Shown: piece by piece, positions 18,517-28,006 of the stretch
Layout: each line of letters starts with the position of its first letter
How positions within the stretch are numbered: the first letter of the stretch is position 1
Translations under genes and position numbers: made by a program
Source: an uncultured bacterium
GTDB taxonomy: Bacteria; Fidelibacterota; UBA2242; JAFGTP01
DNA length: 64,000 nt
Direction: 5' to 3'
Assembly: GCA_964640055.1 (NCBI GenBank)
Contig: CAZXFH010000004.1
Coordinates: forward strand, 26,016-90,015
Notes under the pieces: model-generated
What the model was told of the DNA's origin: nothing
The model's input: the letters and a program-made list of their open reading frames with translations, nothing else
Database searches by the model: none

Positions 18517-20652
18517 ATGCCCAAGGATAACGATAATACCAAACAGAATTCTTTAGAAAAGATCTTCTATCCGGAATCTGTTGCAGTGGTAGGGGCCAAT
18601 AAAGTGCCGGGTACGGTCCCCCATGATATCATTCACAATATTCTCAAAGCCGATTTTCAAGGCATTGTCTATCCGGTCAGTCCCCGTGAAAAATTCATTT
18701 CCGGGTCCAAAGCCTACAAATATGTGGTTGATATTGAAGATCCCGTCGATCTGGCCATTATTGTCTTTCCCAGCTCAGTGGTACATCTGGCCCTGGAGCA
18801 GTGCGGGAAAAAGGGCGTCAAGGCCGCGATCATCATTTCCGCAGGCTTCAAGGAAGTTAGTGGTGAGGGGCGCAAACGGGAAGAGAACCTGTTAAAAATT
18901 GCCAAGAAATATGGCATCTCTTTTATCGGGCCAAATTGTCTGGGGGTGATCAATACCGACCGGAAAACATCGCTAAACGCCTCTTTTGCCCGTCAAATGC
19001 CTGAGGAAGGCAATATTGGTTTCCTGTCGCAAAGTGGCGCTCTGTGTACGGCGGTACTGGACTATGCCCGGGCCAATCATATCGGCTTTTCCAAATTTGT
19101 CAGCTTCGGCAATAAAGCCGATATCAATGAGATCGATCTACTCTATTATCTGGGGGAAGACCCCAAGACCGATGTCATTTTACTCTACCTGGAGGAGATT
19201 CGTGACGGCCGCGCACTGATGAAAGCCGCCGATCATATTATCCGGGAAACCGGCAAACCGATCCTGGCGTTGAAATCCGGCCGCACCGAAGCCGGAGCCT
19301 CAGCCGCTGCCTCCCACACCGGTTCTCTGGCCGGGAGTGATGAGATCACCGAAGCGGCCTTACGCCAAGCCGGTATCATTCGCTGCCGGGACATTGAGGA
19401 GATGTTCAACAAGGCCATTGCCATGGCCTACCAAAACCTGCCGGATAACGACAATATCGCTATTATCACCAATGCCGGCGGTCCGGGCGTGCTGACCACC
19501 GATGCCGCCATCAAAGAAGGATTGTCTTTGGCTAAATTTTCAGACCAGACCACTTCTGTTTTGAAAAAAAGTCTACCCAAGACTGCCAATATCAAAAATC
19601 CGGTGGACGTGATCGGAGATGCCCGGGCTGAGCGTTATAAGATCGCCCTTTCACAGATCCTGAAAGATGTTAATGTTGACGGTGCTTTTGTCATCCTGAC
19701 CCCCCAATCCATGACCGACATCGATACCATCGCCCGGGAGGTCGCCAACGTGGTCGAACAATACGACAAGCCGGTCTATACCTCTTTTATGGGCAAGGCG
19801 GATGTGGCTTCGGGGGTGGATATTCTACAACGTAATAAAATCCCCCATTATCAATTACCCGAGACCATGTGTAAAGCCTTTGCCACGGCTTACCGCTTCC
19901 ATACCCACCGCCAATCAGAGTTGGACACCTCACAAGTCTACGAAGACGTGGACAAGCAAAAAGCCCGCACCATCCTGAACAAAGCTGTTAAGGAAGGCAA
20001 GAAATACCTGCCCGAACATGAAGCCGTCAAAGTACTGCAAACCTACCGGCTCACCCTGCCGGAAGAAAAACTGGCCACCTCTAAAGAAAAGGCTGTCCGG
20101 TTCGCCAAAGATATCGGCTTTCCGGTGGTAATGAAAGTTATGTCCAAGGATGTGGTGCATAAATTCGACGCCAAAGGCGTGATCCTCAACATTAATTCCA
20201 ACCAGGAAGCCGAACAAGCCTATGACCGTATCCATAAGAATGTGCAAAAAAAGCATCCCGGGGCCAAAATCGACGGCATTCTGGTCGAGCAAATGATCCC
20301 GGAAGGTCAGGAGGTTATTCTGGGCGTCAAACGGGATCCCTCTTTCGGCCCGGTGATTATGTTCGGTCTAGGCGGCATCTATGTGGAAATCTTCAAGGAT
20401 GTCAGCTTCCGCGTAGCGCCCCTGGATAAAGAAACCGCCCAGGAAATGATCAATGATACTCGGGCCGCAACCCTGCTGAAAGGGGCCCGGGGACTCTCGG
20501 CGCGTGATATGAATGCCCTGCAGGATGCGATCATTCGCCTGGGACAACTGGCCATGGATTGCCCCCAGATCAAGGAATTAGATATCAATCCTCTGATCGT
20601 ACTTGAAAAGGATCAGGGCTGCTATGTGGCAGACGCCCGGATCATGCTATAG
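18517..20652 (+). CDS. ADP-forming acetyl/acyl-CoA synthetase (fused alpha-beta, acetate--CoA ligase family)
   Basis: 711-aa ORF. It has a CoA-binding N-terminus (SVAVVGANKVPGTV) and succinyl-CoA-synthetase-like GPNCLG and SQSGAL. The phosphohistidine segment is ASHTGSLAGS. The C-terminal half is ATP-grasp-like. Confidence 0.8.
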   Translation: MPKDNDNTKQNSLEKIFYPESVAVVGANKVPGTVPHDIIHNILKADFQGIVYPVSPREKFISGSKAYKYVVDIEDPVDLAIIVFPSSVVHLALEQCGKKGVKAAIIISAGFKEVSGEGRKREENLLKIAKKYGISFIGPNCLGVINTDRKTSLNASFARQMPEEGNIGFLSQSGALCTAVLDYARANHIGFSKFVSFGNKADINEIDLLYYLGEDPKTDVILLYLEEIRDGRALMKAADHIIRETGKPILALKSGRTEAGASAAASHTGSLAGSDEITEAALRQAGIIRCRDIEEMFNKAIAMAYQNLPDNDNIAIITNAGGPGVLTTDAAIKEGLSLAKFSDQTTSVLKKSLPKTANIKNPVDVIGDARAERYKIALSQILKDVNVDGAFVILTPQSMTDIDTIAREVANVVEQYDKPVYTSFMGKADVASGVDILQRNKIPHYQLPETMCKAFATAYRFHTHRQSELDTSQVYEDVDKQKARTILNKAVKEGKKYLPEHEAVKVLQTYRLTLPEEKLATSKEKAVRFAKDIGFPVVMKVMSKDVVHKFDAKGVILNINSNQEAEQAYDRIHKNVQKKHPGAKIDGILVEQMIPEGQEVILGVKRDPSFGPVIMFGLGGIYVEIFKDVSFRVAPLDKETAQEMINDTRAATLLKGARGLSARDMNALQDAIIRLGQLAMDCPQIKELDINPLIVLEKDQGCYVADARIML

Positions 20653-20692
20653 ATTTAAGTGAATCATCATTATTTAACGAAAGGAGTTTAAG

Positions 20693-21502
20693 ATGAGAAT
20701 TTTGATCCAAGATAACTATCAATGTCTCAGCAAATGGGTGGCCTATTATGTGGTCAAGAAAATAAAGGACTTTAAGCCTACGAAGGACAGCCCTTTTGTT
20801 TTGGGGCTGCCGACCGGTTCTTCCCCACTGGGGACCTATCAGGAACTGATCGAGCTTTACAAAGAGGGAAAAATTTCCTTTGAAAATGTGGTCACCTTTA
20901 ATATGGATGAATATGTGGGGCTGGCTGAAGATCATCCCCAGAGCTACCATTATTTTATGCACAGCAACTTCTTCAGCCATATTGATATCCCGGATGAAAA
21001 CATCAATATACTGGACGGCAATGCCGATGACCTCGATAAGGAATGCGAAGAATACGAAGCCAAAATCAAAAAAGCAGGCGGAATTCACATCTTTCTGGGC
21101 GGTATCGGTCCCGACGGCCATATTGCCTTTAACGAACCAGGCTCTTCACTCTCTTCCCGTACCCGGCTGAAAACCCTGACCTACGATACACGTGTGGCCA
21201 ATTCCCGCTTCTTTGATAATGATATCAACAAGGTGCCCAAGCTGGCTTTAACCGTGGGCGTGGGAACTGTAATGGACGCTGACGAAGTTCTGATCATTAT
21301 CAATGGCTATAAGAAAGCCCGGGCCGTGCGTATGGCCGTAGAAGGGGGCGTGAATCACATGTGGACCGTATCTGCCCTGCAGTTGCACAAGCACGGCATC
21401 ATCATATGTGATGACGATTCCACCATGGAACTGAAAGTGGGTACTGTTAAATATTTCAAAGATATTGAAAAAGAGGCCCTGGAAAATCTGCCGCAACTTT
21501 AA
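20693..21502 (+). CDS. nagB: glucosamine-6-phosphate deaminase
   Basis: 269-aa ORF with [22 protein letters not shown] and [17 protein letters not shown]. Confidence 0.9.
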   Translation: MRILIQDNYQCLSKWVAYYVVKKIKDFKPTKDSPFVLGLPTGSSPLGTYQELIELYKEGKISFENVVTFNMDEYVGLAEDHPQSYHYFMHSNFFSHIDIPDENINILDGNADDLDKECEEYEAKIKKAGGIHIFLGGIGPDGHIAFNEPGSSLSSRTRLKTLTYDTRVANSRFFDNDINKVPKLALTVGVGTVMDADEVLIIINGYKKARAVRMAVEGGVNHMWTVSALQLHKHGIIICDDDSTMELKVGTVKYFKDIEKEALENLPQL

Positions 21503-21584
21503 TAATATAAGTAAGGGGGAGAAGCTATTGCAGCCAACTTTCCCGGTATATATTTTGAACCATTGGAAATAATGAAGGAAAATC

Positions 21585-23567
21585 ATGAAATATCGAGCAC
21601 TTACTGCTGCTGAAATTGAACAATTAGAAAAACAAGGCTGCCGGGCCACAGACTGGCAAAATGTTCAGGTAAGCGAAGAATTTCGTCCGGATCCACTGGT
21701 CAACGTTCACTTTCAAGGAAAGGTCCATCTGGGCCGTTTTGAAAAAGAGATTGAAATCCAGGCGGGCATCACCAAACAGAGCGGCCTGCAGGATTGCTTT
21801 ATCCAGGATTGCACCCTGGCGGATAATGTTTACGTAAATGGGGTCAAAAATCTGGTGGGCTACCATCTCTATCCGGAAGCGGCTATTGAAAATGTCGGCA
21901 GTCTGACCGTCACCGGAGAGTCCACATTCGGTAATGGCACTGAGATCGAGGTCCTGAACGAAGGCGGCGGCCGGGAGCTACCGCTCTACAACCAGCTGAC
22001 CGCCCAGATCGCCTACCTGCTGGTTAATTACCGTCATAATCAGGATTTTATTAAACAACTGCAGAAACTGATCTGGGATTATGTGCATCAACAGAAAGCT
22101 TCCCACGGTACCGTTGAAACAGGAGCCCGCATCCTGAACAGCAGCACGGTCCGCGATCTGAATATCGGTTCGCATGCCGTAATTAACGGGGCCTTGACCC
22201 TGGAAAACGGTACTCTGGTCAGCTCGGCCGAGGCACCGGCTACCATTGGCAGCGATGTTATTGCCCGCGATTTTATTGCCCAGGAGGGCTCCAAAATCGA
22301 AGACGGGGCCGTGGTAGAAAATTGTTTTATCGGACAAGCCGTAACCATCGGCAAACAGTTTTCCGCTGAGCATTCCGCCATCTTCGCCAATTCAGAGTTC
22401 TTTCACGGCGAAGGGCTCAGTATCTTTGCCGGTCCCTACACCGTCTCCCATCACAAATCCTCCCTATTGATTGCCGGACTCTTCTCTTTTTATAATGCGG
22501 GCAGCGGCACAAATCAGAGTAACCATATGTACAAACTCGGCCCTTTGCATCAGGGTATTCTGGAACGGGGCTCAAAAACCGGGTCCTTTTCCTACCTGCT
22601 CTGGCCGGCCCGGATCGGGGCTTTTACCGCGGTGATCGGTAAACACTATAGCAATTTTGACACGACTACGTTCCCCTTTTCCTATCTGGAAGAAGATGAA
22701 GGTAAAAGTGTACTGACGCCGGCCATGAACCTGCTGACCGTGGGCACCCTGCGCGACAGCCGCAAATGGCCCAACCGGGATAAACGCCAGAGTCAGGACA
22801 AATTGGACCTGATCAATTTCGAACTCTTCAGCCCCTATACCATCGGCCGGGTGCTGATAGCCATCGACTTGTTAAAATCCCTTTATGAAACGGCTTCCAG
22901 AAAACAGGAATATGTTAAATATAAGGGCGTTCACATCAAGCGCTTATTACTGCGCACAACCCGTAAATACTATCAGATCGCGATCAATATTTACCTGGGT
23001 AACGAGATCGTGAAAAGATTAAAGGGCCAGCTGGATTCCAAAACCAGCTTCAAAGCCCTGAAACCGAAGCTTTTTGCCCATGCAGGCGATATCAGTCAGA
23101 CCTGGACCGATCTCTCCGGTATGATCGCACCCATGGACAAGCTCAACCGACTGGTGGCGGATGTTACCGATCTAAAGATTACCGATATTCAGGGCATGCG
23201 TCAGGCGCTGCAGGAGATCCATGATGCCTATGCGGAAGATAATTGGTACTGGTGCCTGGATCTGCTGCAAGGACAATTGAAAAAACCCCTGACCAACATC
23301 ACCAACCAGGACATTATGGAAGTGATCGAAATCTGGAAAGATAATGTCATTAAACTGAACAACATGATCCTGAAAGATGCCCGCAAGGAATTTGATCCCA
23401 ACAGCCGCTTCGGATATGGTCTCGACGGTGATGAAGATGTCAAAGCCCGTGATTTTGCAGCCGTGCGCGGGGCCTATGATCAGAATAGTTTTGTGACCGG
23501 CCTGCAAGCTGAAAATGAACAGGTGGCGGAAACGGCTGAGCAACTGATTCAATTGTTGAAAAAGTAA
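21585..23567 (+). CDS. large conserved hypothetical protein, probably DUF4954 family (beta-helix-like N-terminal half)
   Basis: 660-aa ORF. The N-terminus YRALTAAEIEQLEKQGCRATDWQNVQV is recalled from DUF4954 proteins. Good RBS. The family name is from memory only. Confidence 0.45.
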   Translation: MKYRALTAAEIEQLEKQGCRATDWQNVQVSEEFRPDPLVNVHFQGKVHLGRFEKEIEIQAGITKQSGLQDCFIQDCTLADNVYVNGVKNLVGYHLYPEAAIENVGSLTVTGESTFGNGTEIEVLNEGGGRELPLYNQLTAQIAYLLVNYRHNQDFIKQLQKLIWDYVHQQKASHGTVETGARILNSSTVRDLNIGSHAVINGALTLENGTLVSSAEAPATIGSDVIARDFIAQEGSKIEDGAVVENCFIGQAVTIGKQFSAEHSAIFANSEFFHGEGLSIFAGPYTVSHHKSSLLIAGLFSFYNAGSGTNQSNHMYKLGPLHQGILERGSKTGSFSYLLWPARIGAFTAVIGKHYSNFDTTTFPFSYLEEDEGKSVLTPAMNLLTVGTLRDSRKWPNRDKRQSQDKLDLINFELFSPYTIGRVLIAIDLLKSLYETASRKQEYVKYKGVHIKRLLLRTTRKYYQIAINIYLGNEIVKRLKGQLDSKTSFKALKPKLFAHAGDISQTWTDLSGMIAPMDKLNRLVADVTDLKITDIQGMRQALQEIHDAYAEDNWYWCLDLLQGQLKKPLTNITNQDIMEVIEIWKDNVIKLNNMILKDARKEFDPNSRFGYGLDGDEDVKARDFAAVRGAYDQNSFVTGLQAENEQVAETAEQLIQLLKK

Positions 23568-23657
23568 ATTGTTATAAATATCTTAAATCAATATCAGGAC
23601 TTCCCTGCTTAAAATTCCAGGGAAGTTCCTGGTTTATAATCCAATTTATGAGGTACA

Positions 23658-24614
23658 ATGGCAAAAAAAACCGTCGAGATCAACGGCGTTGATCCGCTTT
23701 CGGTTCTGGGTGTCAATGATAAAAACCTGAAACTGTTGCGGGAAAATTTCCCTCTGAAAATCCATGCCCGTGGCAATAAAATCACCCTGCAAGGTCCGCA
23801 AGCGCAAATCCAGCAAATGGAGCGCATTCTGGGCGAAATGTTTCTGACCATCAACCAGAAAGGCTATATCGACGAAGCTGATATTAAAACCCTGATCAAG
23901 GTGGAAACCGGCGGCGCGGAACGGAAAGAGACGATCACGCCGGAAACCGTAATCCTGTTCAAAAAAGACGGGGCGATCAAACCGCGTTCGCCCAATCAGG
24001 AAAAATATTATCGCTCCACCCAAAAGAATGATATTGTCTTCTCCATTGGCCCGGCCGGAACCGGTAAAACCTATCTGGCCGTAGCCATTGCCGTCGCTGC
24101 TTTCCGCAACCATGATGTGCGCCGGATTGTCCTGACCCGGCCGGCTGTGGAGGCTGGCGAGAGTCTCGGCTTTCTGCCCGGTGACCTAAGGGAAAAAATC
24201 GAACCCTACCTGGCGCCCCTTTATGACGCGCTCTATGAAATGATGCCGGCCGATAAACTGAAAAACCTGACCGACCAGAAGGTGGTTGAGATCCTGCCCC
24301 TGGCCTATATGCGCGGCCGCACCCTGAACAACGCCTTTGTAATCCTGGACGAAGCCCAGAACACCACCAACATGCAGATGAAGATGTTCCTTACCCGCCT
24401 GGGCGCTAATTCCAAAGCCATTGTGACCGGTGATATCACCCAGATCGATCTGCCCAGCCGGAATAATTCCGGGCTGATCCAGGCCCGCGATATCCTCAGC
24501 GGTATCGAGGGTATTGATTTTATCTATTTTGATGAACGGGATGTGGTGCGCCATCCCCTGGTCAAACAGATCATCCGCGCCTATAACGAGGAAAACCCGC
24601 CGGAGCAGAGCTAA
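23658..24614 (+). CDS. phoH: PhoH-family ATPase
   Basis: 318-aa ORF with Walker [14 protein letters not shown], and ILDEAQNTT and [11 protein letters not shown] motifs. Confidence 0.9.
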   Translation: MAKKTVEINGVDPLSVLGVNDKNLKLLRENFPLKIHARGNKITLQGPQAQIQQMERILGEMFLTINQKGYIDEADIKTLIKVETGGAERKETITPETVILFKKDGAIKPRSPNQEKYYRSTQKNDIVFSIGPAGTGKTYLAVAIAVAAFRNHDVRRIVLTRPAVEAGESLGFLPGDLREKIEPYLAPLYDALYEMMPADKLKNLTDQKVVEILPLAYMRGRTLNNAFVILDEAQNTTNMQMKMFLTRLGANSKAIVTGDITQIDLPSRNNSGLIQARDILSGIEGIDFIYFDERDVVRHPLVKQIIRAYNEENPPEQS

Positions 24615-24624
24615 AGCGTATAAC

Positions 24625-24710
24625 TCATCCCCTTTTAAAAGATTTTCGCAAGCGGGAGATAATGCAAACTCCCCTTCTCTTGCCAAGAGAAGGGGCCGGG
24701 GGATAAGTTC
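24625..24710 (+). repeat. partial (3'-module) copy of the hairpin-dense repeat that brackets the R-M island
   Basis: tcatcccc...cgcaagcgg...ccccttctcttGCCaagagaagggg...ggggataagttc parallels 35255..35340 (tcatccct...gcgcaagcgg...ccccttctcttCACaagagaagggg...ggggatgagttc). This copy is diverged. Confidence 0.7.
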
Positions 24711-24778
24711 AAAACCAACCAGTACCGCAGGGCATTAACCCCCAACTTCAGTTGGGGGCAGCAACAAAACCGAATACC

Positions 24779-24942
24779 CGAGAACGGTTTCAACCGTTTC
24801 CAGCAATAAAGCCCTTAAAAGGGCTCCGAGAGTTAGTTGCTATTATATACCCCCGGTTGAAACCGGGGGCTAATCCTAATCTTTTTTATATGTCATCCCT
24901 ATTTGTCGATTGGCGCAAGCGGAATGTCCTGTTTATTCCCCT
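24779..24942 (+). repeat. 164-bp direct repeat, left copy (A), bounding the type I R-M operon
   Basis: Matches 35142..35305 with 2 mismatches (24802, 24901) by manual alignment. It has three palindromes: aacggtt-tc-aaccgtt (24783-24798), agccctt-aa-aagggct (24810-24825) and cccccggtt-ga-aaccggggg (24850-24869). Weaker similarity extends upstream to about 24733 (attaaccccca). Confidence 0.9.
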
Positions 24943-24967
24943 CAACACGCCTCAGAAGGTCATTCTT

Positions 24968-27900
24968 TCAGTAAGATTTCTGACTGGTGCGCCAGCGCTG
25001 AAAATCGGTAAACAACATATGTAAAAGCGCTTGCTGAAAATCCTTATCATCATTGAATTTTTTATAAAAATCAAAGTTCTCATCAATCATCTGACGGGCA
25101 TGTTCTTTGGCTTTGTCATCAAAGGTGAGTTTGGCGTTTTCCGGAGGATTGACCACCGCACTTTTCTGCACCGCTTCATCCTGATAAAGGCGCTCGCGAA
25201 AGGATTGAAACACTTTATCGCTTTCCTCAAAGTCTGTCCCGAAGCGTTCATTAAGGACTCTGATAATCTCTGAAAGGGATTCCAATTCAGCTGTCCGGCT
25301 GCCGGTTTCACCATCCAGACTATCCGGTTCAATCTCGCCTTCTCCCCGGTCGAGAGAAATCTTGCCCTTGTGCATGCGTTGCAGGCGATAGGAATCCATA
25401 TCCACTTGCTGCGTTACCTCCCGGGGCAATTTGGAAGGCCGCAAGGAGATCAACCGCAGCAAATACTTGCCAAACACATACAATTTTTCCAGATCAACAT
25501 CGGCAAAGGGCAGGATCTGAGCCAGAAAGGCATAGGTGCGCACATATTTGGATAATTTGCGATAGAAATCCCGTCTTTCGTCTTCGGACAGTTCCGCATA
25601 GCGGTCCTTTACCGGATTTAAAATAGCATATAAACGGGCTTGCCGGACTTTTTTGCCGAAATAATGGCTGGCAAACTGATCAATATCCAGATCAGAATAG
25701 AGATGAAAGGCTTGCAGGTCCTCCATCAAATTATAAAGGACATTCGGATCTGTGCTCTCACTGAGAAAGGTTTTTTCATAATAGGGATCAAACGCCGCTT
25801 TAATGGCCGCGGCTTCATTGACAAAATCAAGGACCATGGTATCTTTTTTATGGGGATGGATACGATTCAGCCGGCTCAGGGTTTGTACCGCATTTATACC
25901 GCCTAATTTTTTATCCACATACATGGTATGCAACAGGGGCTCGTCAAAACCGGTCTGGAATTTGTTCGCCACCACCAGAAATCGGTAGGCCTGGTGTTTA
26001 AATTGTTCCCGGGTTTGGGCCTGGGGTATTGCGTTCAATCCGCTCTCGGTAAAGGATTGACCGGTATCCGGGTCCTTGACGGTTCCGGAAAAAGCCACCA
26101 GGGCCTGGTAAGGGTATTGCCGTTCTTTCAGGTATTTTTTCAAGGCCAGAAAAAAGCGCACCGCATGCAGCCGGGAACGGGTCACCACCATGGCTTTGGC
26201 CTGGTGCTGAATGGCCGGCGCCACAAATTTATGAAAATGTTGAACGATAATATCCGTCTTGTTGCCAATTGCATGCTCATGCAGATCCACAAAAGATCTT
26301 AACAGGGCCGACGCCTTCTGGCGGTCATACTGGGGATCATCCGCAATGGCTTTCAACAGTTTGAAATAACTTTTATAAGTGGTGTAATTTTCCAGCACAT
26401 CCAGAATAAAGTGCTCTTCAATGGCCTGCCGCATGGTGTACAGGCTGAAAGGTTCCTGTTTGCCGGAATCAGTGACCGTTCCAAACAGCTCCAACGTCTT
26501 TTTCTTGGGCGTCGCGGTAAAAGCAAAATAGCTCACATTCGGGAGTTGCCCGCGGCTTTTGATCATCTTTTCAATCCGGTCAACCAGGTCTTCTTCGGTC
26601 ACATCATCCTGCTGCGCCGCTTCTTCCAGCGAAACCGGGGCCAAGACCTCATTCATCTGGCGGGTGCTTTCACCGGCCATAGAGGAGTGGGCCTCATCGA
26701 TCAGCACGGCAAATTTCGTTCCTTTGAAATCCCGCATGGCCTCCGAGATCACCGGGAATTTCTGCAGGGTGGTGGTGATGATCTTCTTGCGCTTTTCGAG
26801 CGCATCCTTCAGATCCTGACTGGTATCGTCATCGCCAATCGGCTGGACCACGCCGGGCGTATTCTGAAATTGCAAGACCACATTCCGGAGCTGCTTATCC
26901 AGAATTCTGCGATCAGTGATAACAATAATCGTGTCAAAAACCGGCTCATCCGCGTAGGTATGTAAGCCGGACAGCTGATGGGCCAGCCAGGCAATGGTAT
27001 TGCTCTTGCCGCTGCCGGCACTGTGCTGAATCAGATAGGTCTGACCCACGCCATTTTCCCGGGCATGATTGACCATGCTGCGCACTGCTTGCAGCTGATG
27101 ATAACGCGGGAAGATCAGCTGCTCGGTCTTTTTATCCTGGCCGGTGCGGGCATCATTCTCAGTCACTTCCAAGGTGTGGATAAAGTGCTGGATCAAATTC
27201 AAAATACTGTCCCGGGTCCAGATCTTTTCCCACAGGTAGCTGGTGGCATATTGCTCATCACCCAGAGGTGTGGGATTGCCGGCACCGCCTTCCCGGCCTT
27301 TATTAAAGGGTAAAAAATAGGTCTGGCCTTTCTCTAAATGGGTGGTATAGTAAACCTCATTGGGATCAACCGCAAAATGGGCCAGGCAGCGCTTGAACCG
27401 GAACAGGGGCTCCCGGGGATCCCGGTCGCTCCGGTACTGCGCCATCGCATCTTCCACATTCTGACCGTTCAGCGGATTTTTCAATTCGGCTGTGAAAAGC
27501 GGCAAGCCATTCAAAAAAATTACCAGATCCAGACTCTGTTCGGTCTCCTCGCTGTATTTTAACTGCCGGATCACGGCAAAAGAATTGGCGCGGTACTTCT
27601 TCCGCAAGGCAACATTGAAACCGGTATTGGGCCGGAAATAGGCCAGGTGAAAACGGCAACCCGATATTTTTAAAGGATGGCGCAGACAATGCAGGGTGCC
27701 GCGCCGCTCTATCTGGCGCCTGAGCCGCTGCAAGAGCTGCGAACGGGCATCGCCGGCCGTCACTTTCTGAAACTTACGCCACTCAGCGGGTTGGGTGGCA
27801 CGGATGAAATTCAGGAGCTCTGCCGGCAGTAAACAGAGCGCCCGGTCATAGTCCTGAGTGGTGCGGCGCTGAAAACCACCCGGCTGACCCGCAACCTCAT

Positions 27901-28006
27901 AGGCCCGGAACGGCTCAGTACTGCGCTCCGGAGCCAAGTCCCGCTCCTGCAACAGGGTGGCTTCCAGATCAGTTTCAAAATACTTTTCACGGATTTGCTG
28001 GCTCAT
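24968..28006 (-). CDS. hsdR: type I restriction endonuclease subunit R
   Basis: 1012-aa ORF with Walker A HSAGSGKSNT, DEAH box VLIDEAHSS and helicase motif VI-like FQTGFDEPLL. ATGA overlap with hsdS. Confidence 0.9.
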   Translation of the reverse strand: MSQQIREKYFETDLEATLLQERDLAPERSTEPFRAYEVAGQPGGFQRRTTQDYDRALCLLPAELLNFIRATQPAEWRKFQKVTAGDARSQLLQRLRRQIERRGTLHCLRHPLKISGCRFHLAYFRPNTGFNVALRKKYRANSFAVIRQLKYSEETEQSLDLVIFLNGLPLFTAELKNPLNGQNVEDAMAQYRSDRDPREPLFRFKRCLAHFAVDPNEVYYTTHLEKGQTYFLPFNKGREGGAGNPTPLGDEQYATSYLWEKIWTRDSILNLIQHFIHTLEVTENDARTGQDKKTEQLIFPRYHQLQAVRSMVNHARENGVGQTYLIQHSAGSGKSNTIAWLAHQLSGLHTYADEPVFDTIIVITDRRILDKQLRNVVLQFQNTPGVVQPIGDDDTSQDLKDALEKRKKIITTTLQKFPVISEAMRDFKGTKFAVLIDEAHSSMAGESTRQMNEVLAPVSLEEAAQQDDVTEEDLVDRIEKMIKSRGQLPNVSYFAFTATPKKKTLELFGTVTDSGKQEPFSLYTMRQAIEEHFILDVLENYTTYKSYFKLLKAIADDPQYDRQKASALLRSFVDLHEHAIGNKTDIIVQHFHKFVAPAIQHQAKAMVVTRSRLHAVRFFLALKKYLKERQYPYQALVAFSGTVKDPDTGQSFTESGLNAIPQAQTREQFKHQAYRFLVVANKFQTGFDEPLLHTMYVDKKLGGINAVQTLSRLNRIHPHKKDTMVLDFVNEAAAIKAAFDPYYEKTFLSESTDPNVLYNLMEDLQAFHLYSDLDIDQFASHYFGKKVRQARLYAILNPVKDRYAELSEDERRDFYRKLSKYVRTYAFLAQILPFADVDLEKLYVFGKYLLRLISLRPSKLPREVTQQVDMDSYRLQRMHKGKISLDRGEGEIEPDSLDGETGSRTAELESLSEIIRVLNERFGTDFEESDKVFQSFRERLYQDEAVQKSAVVNPPENAKLTFDDKAKEHARQMIDENFDFYKKFNDDKDFQQALLHMLFTDFQRWRTSQKSY

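Noticed and set aside
24671-24695. The 11-bp-stem hairpins (24671-24695 after phoH; 35301-35325 after the LolA-like gene) considered as canonical intrinsic terminators
   Set aside because: Neither is followed by a U-tract on the relevant strand, and the 3-nt loop is very tight. They may still attenuate transcription, but they are better explained as part of the repeat module.
24752-25024. 90-aa plus-strand ORF spanning repeat A
   Set aside because: It runs through the hairpin-dense repeat and into the 3' end of hsdR, antisense. The equivalent frame is not preserved at copy B.
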